Translations under genes and position numbers: made by a program
NCBI RefSeq assembly: GCF_006345805.1
Contig: NC_042997.1
Location: 210,242,001 to 210,306,000 of the forward strand
DNA from: Octopus sinensis
Taxonomy: Eukaryota
Length of the DNA: 64,000 nucleotides
Reading direction: 5' to 3'
The notes under the pieces: generated by a model
Told to the model about the DNA's origin: nothing
The model's input: only the letters and a program-made list of their open reading frames with translations
Databases searched by the model: none
Shown here: piece by piece, positions 21,960 to 34,812 of the stretch
Numbering within the stretch: the first letter of the stretch is position 1
Layout of the letters: every line of letters begins with the position of its first letter

Positions 21960-24070
21960 TAATGTGGGCCCAAAAGTGGGGCTGGCTATCCGAATTGACA
22001 GTAGCTTAGAAGGGAAAGCAATTAAGGATATGAGCCCTCAGCTCATCACAAATCATTGCTGAGGTGCATAAAATATCTGGCAGGGTGGGACATTACCTAG
22101 TCACCTATATAATTAATCAGGTGTGTGTGTCCACAAGGAATTCATACTCAATGATTGGTGTAACAGCATTATAATCAACTGCTACAAAGGCAAAGGTGAT
22201 GCTTTAGAGAGAAATAATTACAGAGGCATCAAATTGCTGCACCAGGTGATGAAAGTTGCAGAAAGGGTCTTAGCTTAATTAATTAGGAACAGAGTGTACA
22301 TATATGAGATGCAGTTTGGATTTGTGCTAGGGAGAAGCACTACTAATAAAGCACTATCTTCCTGTTGGAGCAACTGCGGGAGAAATACTTGGCCAGAAAT
22401 AAACCTCTGTATTTGGATTTTGTTGACAAGAATAACGGCTCTGACAGATTCCTCTGATCCCTTATCTGGTAGGCAATGAGGAAACTAGGGATAGATGAGT
22501 GGTTGGTGAGAGCTGTACAAGCCATGTACAGGGATGCTGTCAGTAAGGTGAGAGTCACCAGTGAGGATGCTAAGCTGTTCAGTGTCCAAGTAGGAATCCA
22601 CCAGGGTTCGGTTCTTAGCACTCTCTTATTTATCATGGTCCTCCGAGCTACAACTGAGGAATTTACTCAATACTAATGGCCTTCTTTGTATTCCTGAATC
22701 ACTACCAGAACTAGAGAAGAAATTTCAGATATGGAAGCAAGGTCTGGAATCAAAGGGCCTTAGAATTAATTTAGCAAAGATAAAGAGCCCTGTGCTAGTA
22801 GGGTATTAAGAGCACCATCCGAGCGTGATCGTTGCCAGAGCTGCTATCTGGCCTCTGTGCTGGTGGCACGTAAAAGACTCCATTCGAGCGTAATCATTAC
22901 CAGCATTGCCTTACTGGCACCTGTGCCAGTGACATGTGTAAAAAGATTCAAGCGAGGTCATTGCTAGTACTGGCTGACTGGCCCCCATGCCGGTGGCACG
23001 TAAAAAGCACCCACTACACTCTCAGAGTGGTTGGCGTTAGGAAGGGCATCCAGCTGTAGAAACACTACCAGATCAGACTGGAGCCTGGTGCAGCCATCTG
23101 GTTCGCCAGCCCTCAGTCAAAATCGTCCAACCCATGCTAGCATGGAAAGCAGACGTTAAACAATGACGATGATGATGATGATAAAAATGTATTGATAAAT
23201 AGGAAAACAGACAAATCACAGATCTCTTTAGGAAAGTGGTTCTGCTCGGTAGGTAGAAAAGGTGTCAGGAGAGACTCCATATGGTGCACCCAGTGCCTGC
23301 TATGGGCACATAAGAGGTGCAGCAGTATCACAGGAAGATTAGCAGAGAAGATAGTTTGTACGTGTGGAAGATGTTAAGGTGCATTAAACACAAGGAATTT
23401 TCTTTTAGAATGGATTCTCTCCAATGATAAGTGGGGTTCTTAGAAGTAGTAGGCAGTGACCAAGTTAGTAGTGAGGGGTGGTTGTTCTGAAAGCATAGCT
23501 GCTAGAATAAGAATAGGTTGGGCAAAGTTCAGAGAGCTAAAGTCTCTCAAGGTTTTTGTCCTGCAAGTTACTTAACGACCCCACTGGGGCCTGTGCCATG
23601 TGTGAAAAGTTCCTGTGCCATATAGAGAAAGCATTTGTTCTGGTGCCACATAAAAAGCATCCAGTACACTCTGTTGAATGGTTGGTATTTTGGAGGGCAT
23701 CCAGCCATAGCTAATATATCTGAGGGCCTCTTACTCAGAGGGAAAGGCAGATTGTATGATGCTTGTGTATGGACAGCAATGCTGCATGGCAGTGAAACAT
23801 GGGTTGTGACTGATGAGGACATGTGAAAGCTTGATAGAAACGAAGCCAGAATTCCCCACTGGATGGGTAATGTCAATGTGACTATACAACAGGGTGTAAG
23901 TAGTTTGAGAGACAAACTGGGTATACAAGGCATCAGATGTAGTGTTTAAGAGAGCAGACTGTGCTGGTATGGCCATGTAATGCATATGGATGCAGACGGA
24001 GCATCAAGAGGTGCTGATCTCAAATTGTAGAGAAAAGGTGTGGAAGAGGTGAGGAAAGGATCTGCAGAGA
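21960..24070 (+). mobile_element. decayed RTE-clade LINE (RT and C-terminal region), interrupted by tail-family insertions at ~22785-23180 and ~23545-23720
   Basis: MQFGFVLGRSTT, MRKLGIDEWLVRAVQAMY...GIHQGSVLSTLLF, a Cys/His cluster, GRLYDACVWTAMLHGSETW. Confidence 0.85.
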
Positions 24071-24312
24071 GGATGGATGATAGGGGACCAGGGCTTCGGG
24101 CAGTTTGCTGTGTTTGAAAAAAACCTGCTAAGTAAAATCACGGATGTCCTTGCATGCAGGATGTTCCCAGCAACCCTCTCCAGCTGAACAACGTTCCTAA
24201 TCCTGCTGGCTCGTGTGCCATGTGAATGCACCCCTGTGGGTGCTGCTGTTGGAATCTGGCACCACAAATACTGCACCAAGAGCTGCCAGAATGAGGACGT
24301 AGGCAGCATATA

Positions 24313-24688
24313 CTCTTTTACTTGTTTCAGTCATTTGACTGCGGTCATGCTGGAGCACCGCCTTTAGTCGAGCAAATCGACCCCGGGACTTATTCTTTGT
24401 AAGTCCAGTACTTATTCTATCGGTCTCTTTTGCCGAACCGCTAAGTGACGGGGGCGTAAACACACCAGCATCGGTTGTGAAGCAATCCCAGGGGGACAAA
24501 CACAGGCACACAAACACACATACATATATACGACAGGCTTCTTTCAGTTTCCATCTACCAAATCCACTCACAAGGCATTGGTCGGCCTGAGGCTATAGTA
24601 GAAGACACTTGCCCAAGATGTCACGCAGTGGGACTGAACCCGGAACCATGTGGTTGGTTAGCAAGCTACTTACCACACAGCCACTCCC
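24313..24688 (-). mobile_element. SINE family A, full length
   Basis: Reverse complement of the family A consensus. Confidence 0.85.
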
Positions 24689-24890
24689 CCAGATTTTATT
24701 CTCAAAACCTTACCCATAGTTAAGTATGACTGCAAAGCAACAGCAGAGGTTTCAAATCCCAATTTTACTTCCCCTGGATGTGTTTTGCCCCCAATGCTTC
24801 CCCCCTCCCCTCACCAAGGGGGTTTGGGAACTAATGAGCTCCATCTGCGCCCAACCAACCTAATATGGTTTATTATGTATTTATTTCCAG

Positions 24891-25081
24891 GTTTGCATAT
24901 CACAACTACAAGGGTCACTTCAGCCACATATTTGTAGATGAGGCTGCTTTTGCCACAGAACCGGAGACACTTGTGCCATTGGTTGGCCAGATTGATGAAA
25001 ATACTCAAATAATTCTTGCAGGTGACCCAAAACAGTTGGATCCAGTGTTCAAAAGTGAACAAGCCAGAGATGCTGGATATG
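24891..25081 (+). CDS. MOV10: MOV10-like helicase exon with motif II (DEAA) and motif III
   Basis: ttatttccag| ... |gtaaga, phase 2 to 1. HFSHIFVDEAAFATEPETLVPLVG...ILAGDPKQLDPV. Confidence 0.95.
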
Positions 25082-25094
25082 GTAAGACTCTATC

Positions 25095-25685
25095 TCTTAA
25101 ATATGGTTTCTGATTACAAATATCTTGGGTCATACATATCATCATCTGAAAAAGATTTTCTAACTAGAAAGGGTATGGCCTGGTCAGCCTGTAATGACAT
25201 GCATAAGATCTGGTCATCAAATCTAAGTAGAGACTTCAAACTTGAAATATTCAAAGCCACAGTCGAACCAATTCTACTATATGGCTCAGAAACCTGGACA
25301 TTATCAAAGAAGCTTGAGAGGCGGTTGGATGGAACCTACACTTGCCTCCTTATGAGAGCTCAAAATCTCTCGTGGAAGCGTCATCAAACCAAAGTACAAA
25401 TATATGGGAAACTACCACCTGTGTCATCTCTTGTGAAAGGTAGGAGAGTCCAGTTTGCTGGACATTGTTGCAGAGCTGAAAAAGAGGTAATTTCTACTCT
25501 TCTCCTCCTGAAGCCATCTGCTCGCGATACCAGAGGGTGCACACTCTGCTACCCTGATGTAATCTCCAGGGATACAGGCATCCAGCAACAGGACCTCTGT
25601 AATGCCATGATGGACCGTGAAGTCTGGCGTAGCATGATAAATTCCATTGTCTCGACCACGGTCGAACAATGATGATGATGATGAT
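25095..25685 (+). mobile_element. 5'-truncated RTE LINE (second subfamily) with uninterrupted C-terminal ORF and (GAT)n tail
   Basis: DYKYLGSYIS...KLEIFKATVEPILLYGSETWTL...QFAGHC...MMDREVWR...EQ* then TGATGATGATGATC. Confidence 0.9.
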
Positions 25686-26134
25686 CTTGTTTACGACATT
25701 TTTTTAAAAACATTTTTGCTCTGATTACACACTAACTTCCCTCGGTTCCACTCCCTCTCTCAAGGTCTTTGTCCTGCAAGTTACTTAACGACCCCACTGG
25801 AGCCTGTGCCATATAGAGAAAGCATTTGTTCTGGTGCCACATAAAAAGCATCCAGTACATTCTGTTGAATGGTTTGGTATTTGGGGGGGGGGGGCATCCA
25901 TCCATAGACACCATGCCAAAACAGCTCTGGTCAAACTAGCCCACCCATGCCACCCACCATGGAAGAATGGACATCAAATGCTGCTAGTCTTGATTTATTC
26001 GATTCTCATCTTGAATTTTTTCCAACAGACAGTTACTTGGAAACAGGTAAGGGTTTAGTGACAGGAAGAGCATCTAACTGTAGAAAATCTTCCTCAAAAA
26101 ATTCTATCTGACCCATGTAAGCATAGAAAAGTAG

Positions 26135-26525
26135 ACGGCTGTGTGGTAAGTAGCTTGCTAACCAACCACATGGTTCCGTGTTCAGTCCCACTGCGCGGCA
26201 TCTTGGGCAAGTGTCTTCTGCTATAGCCCCGGGCCGACCAATGCCTTGTGAGTGGATTTGGTAGACGGAAACTGAAAGAAGGCTGTCGTATATATCTATA
26301 TATATGTATTTGTGTGTGTGTGTGTGTGTGCCTGTGTTTGTCCCCCTAGCATTGCTTGACAACCGATGCTGGTGTGTTTATGTCCCCGTCACTTAGCGGT
26401 TCGGCAAAGAGAGACCGATAGAATAAGTACTGGGCTTACAAAGAATATGTCCCGGGGTCGAGTTGCTCGATTAAAGGCGGTGCTCCAGCATGGCCGCAGT
26501 CAAATGACTGAAACAAGTAAGAGAG
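26135..26525 (+). mobile_element. SINE family A, full length
   Basis: Matches the family A consensus. Confidence 0.85.
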
Positions 26526-27130
26526 TATATATAAGTATTTGTATACAAGCTTTATATAATCCACAAAAAACTGATTTTTTTATCCATAAAATTTGAAATC
26601 ATTCTTTTATGGATCTCAGTGGTCAAAATATGATCATGCTGAGGCATTTCCTTCAGGAATTTAGTCAACCAAATTTACCCCAATACTTATTTTTCTCTTT
26701 GTTGAACTGCTAAGTTAGAAGATATATAGTGACGTTAACATAAATTCCACCATTTTACACACTCACAGATGCACGTGTAGCATACTTTGGAGCAGTTTTC
26801 GTCTAACAAATTCCACACACAAAGCATTGATTAAATTGGGAACGCAATAATCTGCAGGCATGGCTATGTGGTTAAAAGTTTTATTTCTGAAGTATTTGTT
26901 GATCAGCACAAATTGCGGCAAGTACCGTAACAGCAGTACCTACCGTAGTTGCAATATAGTAATTCTTTATCTCTTCAATATTGGTGTGTGTTGAGTGATG
27001 GTCAACTGGTCTGGCTGAGGTCTGACAATGGTCGTCAGCTGGTGGTGCAGGGAACGTTATAGAAAAGAACTTTGCATGTCTCTGAAAGATTTCAGGAAAT
27101 GCACAATATCGATGTTATATGAATATGTTG

Positions 27131-27330
27131 TGGAGGCATGTGGCCTAGTGGTTAGAGCAGCGGACTCGCAGTTGAGGGATCGCGGGTTCCCATCTCAGAC
27201 CTGGCAATGTGTGTGTTTATGAGTGAAACATCAAAGCTCCACGCGGCTCTGGCAGAAGGTAATGGTGAACTTCTGCTGACTCTTTCGCCACAACTTTCTC
27301 TCATTCTTTCCTCCTGCATCTTGCACCTTT
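27131..27330 (+). mobile_element. tRNA-derived SINE, family D (head and body)
   Basis: GGAGGCATGTGGCCTAGTGGTTAGAGCAGCGGACTCGC...GGGTTCCCATCTC; related copies at 43990-44285 and 44880-45122 on the - strand. Confidence 0.75.
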
Positions 27331-27528
27331 AAAGGTGCAAAAGTTGGTAGAATTCTTAATGCATTGGACGACAGGCTTTGCTGCCTCTTTTCCAACTCTT
27401 TCTATCATCTGAGTTCAAAGGTCGCCATCATCAACTTTGCCCTTCATCCTTACAGGGTCAGTAAAATAAAGTACCGGCCAATTTCTTGCTCCTCCCCTCA
27501 GAATTGTTGCGCTTTTTTGCTCAAATTA

Positions 27529-27765
27529 TTAGGTTGGTGCATAATTACTGCGGCTTTTTTTCAAAAAATTTTATTCAATGAAAACAAGAATATTTATTAA
27601 AAAAACATCTTTAAATGATTATTCTGACTGTTTGCCAATCAAATGGGAAGCAGTAATTGAAGTAAATGGTGAATATGCTCCGGAACAATCATTTAAAGAT
27701 GTTTTTCTTAGATGCTGTTATTATTTTTGCTGATAAAGAGCTGCAATAATTATGTGCCAACCTAA
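27529..27765 (+). mobile_element. mariner-derived MITE
   Basis: ~30-bp TIRs TTAGGTTGG(TG/CA)CATAATTA(C/T)TGC(G/A)GCT; internal LPIKWEAVIEVNGEY (mariner C-terminus); TA on the left flank. Confidence 0.8.
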
Positions 27766-27817
27766 GAGAAAGAATTATTTTGTGATTCTTAATTATTGCT
27801 GTTCTGTCTCTTTCTAG

Positions 27818-27957
27818 ATGTCCCTCTGATCCAACGCCTCATGGATTCAAACCAAAACTACAGAGACACAATGGTGATCAAATTATTGAACAATTACCGA
27901 TCACATCCTGCAATTATTAAAATCCCAAATGAACTTTTCTATCAGGATGAGTTGAAG
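27818..27957 (+). CDS. MOV10: MOV10-like helicase exon with motifs IIIa and IV
   Basis: tctctttctag| ... |gtaagg, phase 1 to 0. DVPLIQRLM...KLLNNYRSHPAIIKIPNELFYQDELK. Confidence 0.95.
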
Positions 27958-28199
27958 GTAAGGAATAAATGTTGTCGATTCCATCTCAGTCGTGATTGGA
28001 CAGAACCATTATGAAAGGTCTTCCAAGTTGTGACCATTCCATGTAGAGGTATATCTAGAGCTACCCTTCCTTTTTAAAGCAGCACATTAGGGTTTGAATG
28101 AGATTTCACTGTTATTTCCAGAAGATTGTCTTTTCACTTAAAACAGCTTCAGGTTGACTATTCAGGTGACCATTGGAGATAATCTGGTCACTAGCTTAA

Positions 28200-28657
28200 C
28201 CCTTTTGTTACCAACCCAGCTAAAACTATCTCTGGCTCTGAGTACAAATGTCTTGTTTTCATAAGTTCTGAATTAAAATCTTCCACCAAACCTTAGTCAC
28301 AATTTATGTTCCTAACACCAGCTGAATGATAATGAAGTTATTTTACTAAATTCTTTGTTATATTTAAAGTAATTGAAAGAAACACAGAGCATCTAAACAG
28401 AAATATGGTAAGAAAAGAGTTAACAAATGATTAATTTAACTCTTTTCATACTGACCTGGCTGAAACTGGCTCTGGCTCTGTAGTACAAATGTCTTGTTTT
28501 CATAAGTTCTGAATTAAAATCTTCCACCAAACCTTAGTCACAATTTATGTTCCTAACACTAGCTTAATGATAACTAAGCTATTTTACTAAATTCTTTATT
28601 TAAAGTAATTGAAAGAAACACAGAGCATCCCAAAATGAAAACAGTAATGAAAGGGTT
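28200..28657 (+). mobile_element. two adjacent piggyBac-type MITEs (28200-28419 and 28440-28657)
   Basis: Each copy is flanked by TTAA and has degenerate CCCTTT TIRs. Confidence 0.75.
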
Positions 28658-28964
28658 AAAGAGCTGGACATCTGACCACAGCAATATGTGTCCTATACTA
28701 ACGAGAGGATTTTGCTGTGTGTTCAATTACTTACTTCGGTTTACATAGAAAGCTAGAAATGGGTTCCACTCTCACATGGTTGGAAAATGGTTTGACTTCA
28801 GCCATTTTCAGTTGTTATTTTACGACCATGCTGGGGCACTGCTTTCAAGAATTTCAGTTGACCAAATCAACCCCAGTACCTTTTTTTTTTTTAAAGCCTG
28901 GTACTGAACCACTATGGGATGTAAACAAACAAACATTAGTCATCAAGTGACTGTGTTGGACAAA

Positions 28965-29385
28965 CGCACAAAAATTTAGATTCAGATGAATATGGTACTT
29001 AAGTTAAAGGCACCAGAATTTTGTATGGTATTATCCATATAAATCAAATGGGGTGATTATAATCAAAATAAGCAACAAGGATATCCAAGGTAGTGTAGTA
29101 CAATCGTTTCATGCTACTTCATTTTATTAAACAATACTTACATTGGCACAGGTTCCAGTAAGGCGACTAAACTGCATTATAAAACATAGTTACAGAATTT
29201 TAATACAATGTGTATTATAGACTAATATAAGCACCCCAACTATACTTGTCCAGTACTTTTGCAAACAGAAAATGAAGACCAAGCTGGACAGGTTAAAGTT
29301 CTGCGTTAGGAGTTCACTTGGGACAGAATACTGTTTTTAGCTGTTCACAGATGTAGCCCTTAACCCGTCATTAGGTAAATCGGAT
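28965..29385 (-). repeat. Penelope-like terminal-repeat fragment with a decayed hammerhead-like core
   Basis: Shares TTTAGATTCAGATGAAT..GGTACTTAAG with 6450. Minus strand reads CTAATGA-CGG...CTG-T-GAAC at about 29340-29375. Confidence 0.45.
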
Positions 29386-30649
29386 TGACCATTTTTATCA
29401 TCATCATCATCGTTTAACGTCCGTTTTCCATGCTAGCATGGGATGGACGGCTCAACTGGGGTCTGGGAAGCCAGGAGGCTGCACCAGGCTCCAGTCTGAG
29501 CTGGATACCCTTCCTAATGCCAACCACTCCGTGAGTGTAGTGGGTGCTTTTTACGTGCCACTGGCACAGGTGCCAGACAAAACTGTCAACGGCCACGATC
29601 GGATTGATGCTTTTTACGTGCCACCGGCACGGAAGCCAGTCAAGGCGGCGCTGGCATCGGCCATGTTTGGATGGTGCTTTTTACGTGCCACCAGCACAGG
29701 GGTCACAACTACAATTTCCACTGATTTGTGATGTTGATGTACTTGACTCAATAAGTCTCCTCAAGCACAGGGTCTTTGTGTGGAAACTTCTTGAGCCACT
29801 AATGAGAAGATTGAGAACAACCATGGTGTAAGGGAGAAGGAAAAACACCAACAGACCCTCAGTTGTCTTTATATCTCAGTGACCTTCTACACACACAGAC
29901 TGGCTTCTTTCTGTTTCCATCTACCAAATTCACTCACAAAGCTTTGGGTGTCCTGGGAGCTAAGGTAGGAAACATTTACCCAAGGTGCTGGGCAGTGGGA
30001 CTGAACTCCAAACCATGTTGTTGGGAAGCAAGCTTCTTAACCATACAACTACACTTTGTATATGCCTACATATGTAGTTCTCTGATGTATATACATATAT
30101 ATATATAATCATCGTTTAACGTCCACTTTCCATGCTGGCATGGGTTGGACATTTTGACTGAGGACTGGTGAGCCAGGAGGCTGCACCAGGCTCCAGTCTG
30201 ATCTGGCAGAGTTTCTACGACTGGATGCCCTTCCTAACACCAACTACTCTGAGAGTGTAGTGGGTGCTTTTTACGTGCCACCAGTACAAGGGCCAGTCAG
30301 GTGGTTATGGCAATGACCACGCTTAAAAGGTGTTTTTTTACATGCTACCTGCATGGGAGCCAGTCCGACAGCACTATATGTATATGTGTATATATATATA
30401 TGTATATGTATATATACATATATGTGTATGTATATATATATATATATATGTATGTATATGTGTCTAGCCATGGAGAAATGTTTGCCTTGCTTGGAAACTG
30501 GTGAGTGTTGCTGACATGAAGGGCATCCAGTCATGAAAAACTTATCTCATAAAATTCCGATAGATCCATGTAAGCATAAAAAATTGGGCCATTGAGATAA
30601 CAACAATGACTCTATGTTTCTTATATATTGAAATGTTTTTTTTTTGTAG

Positions 30650-30883
30650 GCATGTGCAGATGTGAAGGAATATTCCAGATTTTGTTCGTGGCCACATTTG
30701 CCTCAGAAAGACTTCCCTGTGATTTTTCATGATGTTTTCTCTCAAGAAGTGAGGGAGAAATCAGACCCATCCTTTTTCAACTTGAAGGAGATTGAAGTTG
30801 TTTATAGTTACGTTAACAAACTTTTAAAAACTCCAGGAGTTAAACAGACAGACATTGGAATTATTGTGACGTATAGAAAGCAG
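30650..30883 (+). CDS. MOV10: MOV10-like helicase exon
   Basis: tttttttgtag| ... |gtaatt, phase 0 to 0. ACADVKEYSRFCSWPHLPQKDFPVIFH...PSFFNLKEIEVV...IGIIVTYRKQ, compare MOV10 ACAD..RERFCRW..LP..GFPIIFHG...SPSFFNPEE...VISPYRKQ. Confidence 0.95.
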
Positions 30884-31704
30884 GTAATTATTTTTACACA
30901 TTGCCAGTGGCAAGTTGTTGCCACCACTCTTAAACCCTAGGCCAGTTGTAATCCTGTAGACCATGTCAGGTTTATTTATTTACTCTTTTACTCTTATTTG
31001 TTTCAGTCACTTGACTGTGGCCATGCTGGAGCACCACTTTTAGTCAAAACAAATTGACCCCTGGACTTATTCTTTGTAAGCCTAGTACTGAGTAATTCCA
31101 ACATTTCATGGTTCACTACCTCAAAAGCTCCTTTATAAGATCCAGTTGCTAAAGGCATCGTCAGGTTTTGGCCCCTAGTCCTGTACCATTTTCAATATGG
31201 CAGCCACTCCCACCTTTCGGAGGTGTCTTCAGTTCTGGTGTTGAGTGTGTTTTTTCTTTCTCCTTTTGTTCTTTTGTTCTTTGATGCATCATTGACAAAT
31301 GTCAGCGTCATGAATGACCATCCTGCCAAATTTCCATTTAAATATTCACCAGTAGGCCCCAGCACCAGCTAACTGTCATGTGACACTGTCTTGGCTTCAA
31401 CTGACCAATGGAGGGGAAGAGTGCATAGTTTTGGCCCATGCCCTCTCCTAAACCTGCCTTCCAACAGCTCTCAGAATCCCTTCCATCTTTCGTCTGTCTC
31501 ATATACTTTATTTGAAGGCCTGATCTTATGTCCTTTTCCCTCCTTCTGGAAGTATATCCTTCCACACTTTACCACTTTTGGCTACTCTCCCCTATTGTAT
31601 CCCTCAATCTTCTCCTTGAGTGCTGTGCTTGTGACACCATAAATATCTGTCTAGTGCTAACCTACAGTTTGACAGAACATGTCTAAACATCGCTTTCTCT
31701 CCAC

Positions 31705-33125
31705 ATCTACACATCGGTTGTTTTTACGTTCCATTGGACTAAGTTTGTTGGTGAGGGTAGAACGTCGAAGGCAGACTTGATCAGGATGGATGTTCTTGCT
31801 TGTTCGACCAAGCCCAAAGTTCCTGCAATGAGATTCTGCGACTGATCACATATTCCTCCCATCTCAGGCACTGTCCCTGTTGACTGCATTGCACCAAATG
31901 TACATTTCGCCTTTCTTCTTCCTCCTTTCTCACTTCGTATACCACTGCCTCTTTCATCTCTTTTACACTGCTCTTGCAAAATGGCCTGAAATTTTGCGAC
32001 CCTAGGCCGGCTCTTGCTTCTTGCATCGCTCCAACTATATCTGCGTGCTTTAGTTTTCCGATCACCCTGTTTATTGCCTCTTCCACCTTCCATTTCCTCC
32101 CTGTTCGTACCTTTGGAGAGTTTTCCCGGATGCTCTGATCTTTTGAATACCTTAGCATCATTACTGTCCTTGCCTTTCCTGCCTTATATTCTTCGGTGAT
32201 TGATGTTATTGGTAGTTGCAGCGCGGGTTTTCCATATAGTGCAGTTGCATTCAGTAGTTTTGGAGGACCAAACCCTTTCCTGATAAACACACTGCATCTT
32301 TGCGCCATCCTTTCTACTATACTCGAGGCTATTTCGTACATCTGCAATGGCTACATTATCCTTGGGTACAGTCCAAATTGCAGTATCCAACATTTGAATT
32401 TTCCCGGCAGCGTTGTTCTGTCAATTGCCTTTAATCCATGTTCCACTAAATCATGTGCTTCTTTCCCTTGCTTCTTATCATTTAATAAATCTCTATACCA
32501 TCTGCCAAGACTCTTTACTGGTTGTTCTTTCACCATTAGTATGTCTTCACCTCCTATCCTGAATTTCACTTCTTTTTGCTTTCCTTTCACGAAAGCCAAG
32601 CTTCATGATTTTTGACTTTGAATTTCATTCTCACCCATCCTACGAGTTTGTCCAACCGCTCTAACGTTCCCTCTGCTGCTTCTGTACTTTCCGATAATAT
32701 AGTTATGTCGTCCATAAAAGCCCTTAATGGTGTCTTTGTAACAGATTTCTCACAGTTTGTTGATCTCAGTAACATTTCCATGACTAGCACAAGTAAGATC
32801 ACTGACACTGTGCATCCAGCTGCAATTTCTACTTCAAGCCATTGCCACTCCGTTGTGAAATTTCCTGCTGTAAATCTCATCCTTAAGTTGTCGTAGTAAC
32901 AGATGAGCATTCGTTGAACATCTTCCACACTCCAAAAGAAGTCCATAGATGCTTGAATTAGTGCGTGTGGAACAGATCCATGTGCATTGGGAAGATCTAG
33001 CCATACAATGTACATGTTTTTCTTCAGTTGTTTTGCACAGGTGAAGGCTTCCCAGATGGCAAATGCATGTTCTGTGCATTCGGGGATTCCAGGGATCCTT
33101 GCCTTTTGGATTGCTTCATTAACAT
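31705..33125 (-). mobile_element. decayed R2-superfamily (HERO-like) non-LTR retrotransposon, RT and downstream region
   Basis: WLDLPNAHGSVPH, IAAGCTVSVILL, RAFMDDITIL, PGKFKCWILQFGLYPRIM, VRTGRKWKVEEA, LIKSAFDVLPSPTNL across three frames. The clade call rests on recalled motifs. Confidence 0.7.
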
Positions 33126-33499
33126 ATCATTTATGCGACCTCCTCTTTTCTCAATATTCAACATCTGTACACCACTTCTAACACTCTATACATATATACA
33201 CACATAAAGATAAGCATATTAAAAGGGGTCTGTGGGGAAAACTCATTTAAATAAAAGGATCAGGAACCACTGTTGTAGTAGAAAACTAGTTGATAAATAC
33301 AAGAAAAGGAAATACGTTCTTAAAAATCCTTCCTGTTGTTGGAATCGGTAATGTAGGAGAGCCATGAAGTTGGTAAGGAGATGATGCTTGGGTCTCTTTA
33401 AGGAGATGATGCTTGGGTCTCTTGTTTGCAGGCTTTCCCAAAAGAGTAACTCGTAACCTCCATAAACCTCATTGTAACAACATAAGATTTTACCTACAT

Positions 33500-33800
33500 C
33501 ATCATCATCATCATCATCATTTAAGTTCCGTTGTCCATGCTGGCATGGGTTGGACGGTTTGACTGGGCAGGCATGCTAGAAGGCTGCACCAGGATCCAGT
33601 CTGATTTGGCATGGTTTTCTACAGCTGGATGCCCTTCCTAACGCTAACCACTCCAAGAGGAGTGTAATGGGTGCTTTTAAATGCCAGTTGCATAACACCG
33701 GTGTCTGCAATGTCTGTGATTTTGCTTGGCTTAATGGGTCTTCTCAAGCACGACATAATGCCAAAGGTCTTTGCCATTGACTCTGTGAGGCCCAACACTC
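33500..33800 (-). mobile_element. RTE LINE 3' end (ORF C-terminus plus UTR)
   Basis: LRVLGLTESMAK(D)LWHYVVLEKTH* followed by the tail family and (GAT)n. Confidence 0.75.
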
Positions 33801-34644
33801 GAAGGGAACTCAGCCACTTTATCTCCAAGCTAAATTAACAGCATCTACACAGTGTCTGCCCATCCAATCAGTATCTATATTACTGTGTCCACTCACGCAA
33901 CATCTACGCACTGTTTGTCGAGAGATCATTTATGCAGACTCTACAGGCAAAATCTATGCACATTCTCTATATATCCACCATCTACACGCTGTATATCCAG
34001 TCAACAGCTATACACTGTCTGTCTATCCTGTTAAATCATAATTAAGTTTCTCATCAAATTTGATGACTGGCATCCGTGCTAGCAGGCTGCAAAGAGCACC
34101 ACCATATGGGGGTGATCGTTGACAGGGCGGCTAACCGCCTTCCATGCCAGTGGCACATAAAAGGGCACCATTCGAGTGTGATCGTTACCAGCATCGCCTT
34201 ACTGGCACTTGTGCCCGTGCTAGTAGGGTGCCAAGAGCACCATCCGAGCGTGATCGTTGCCAGAGCAACCAACTGGCTTCCGTGCCGGTGGCACGTAAAA
34301 GGGCACCATTCGTGAGTGATCGTTACCAACGTCGCCTTACTGGCACCTGTGCCGGTGGCATGTGTAAAAAGATTCGAGTGAGGTCATTGACAGTGCCGCC
34401 TGACTGGTGGCACGTAAAAGCACCCACTACACTCTCGGAGTGGTTGGCGTTACGAAGGACATCCAGCTGTAGAAACTCTGCCAGATCAAGATTGGAGCCT
34501 GGTGCAGCCATCTGGTTCGCCTGCCCTCAGTCAAAATCGTCCAACCCATGCTAGCATGGAAAGCGGATGTTAAACGATGATGATGATGATGATGAATTAA
34601 TCCATTTGTTATATTCTCTTGAATTTTTTCCTGATCTTTTTTAG

Positions 34645-34812
34645 GCATTGAAAATATCTGCGTATTTGGAAAAGAAATCCATAAAAAATGTGACTGTTGG
34701 TACCGTGGAAAAGTTCCTGAGTTCTGAAAAAGAAGTTACCATTATTTCCACTGTCCGAAGTTGCCTAAATGATGAAGTGGAAAGTTCTGTTGGATTTCTC
34801 AAGAATCCAAAA
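34645..34812 (+). CDS. MOV10: MOV10-like helicase exon with divergent motif V
   Basis: tcttttttag| ... |gtaagt, phase 0 to 0. ...NVTVGTVEKFLSSEKEVTIISTVRS...VGFLKNPK. Confidence 0.93.

Noticed and set aside
25016-25672. 218-aa ORF overlapping the DEAA exon as a helicase-RT fusion
   Set aside because: The LINE ORF is in a different frame from the exon, and a canonical donor at 25082 removes it.
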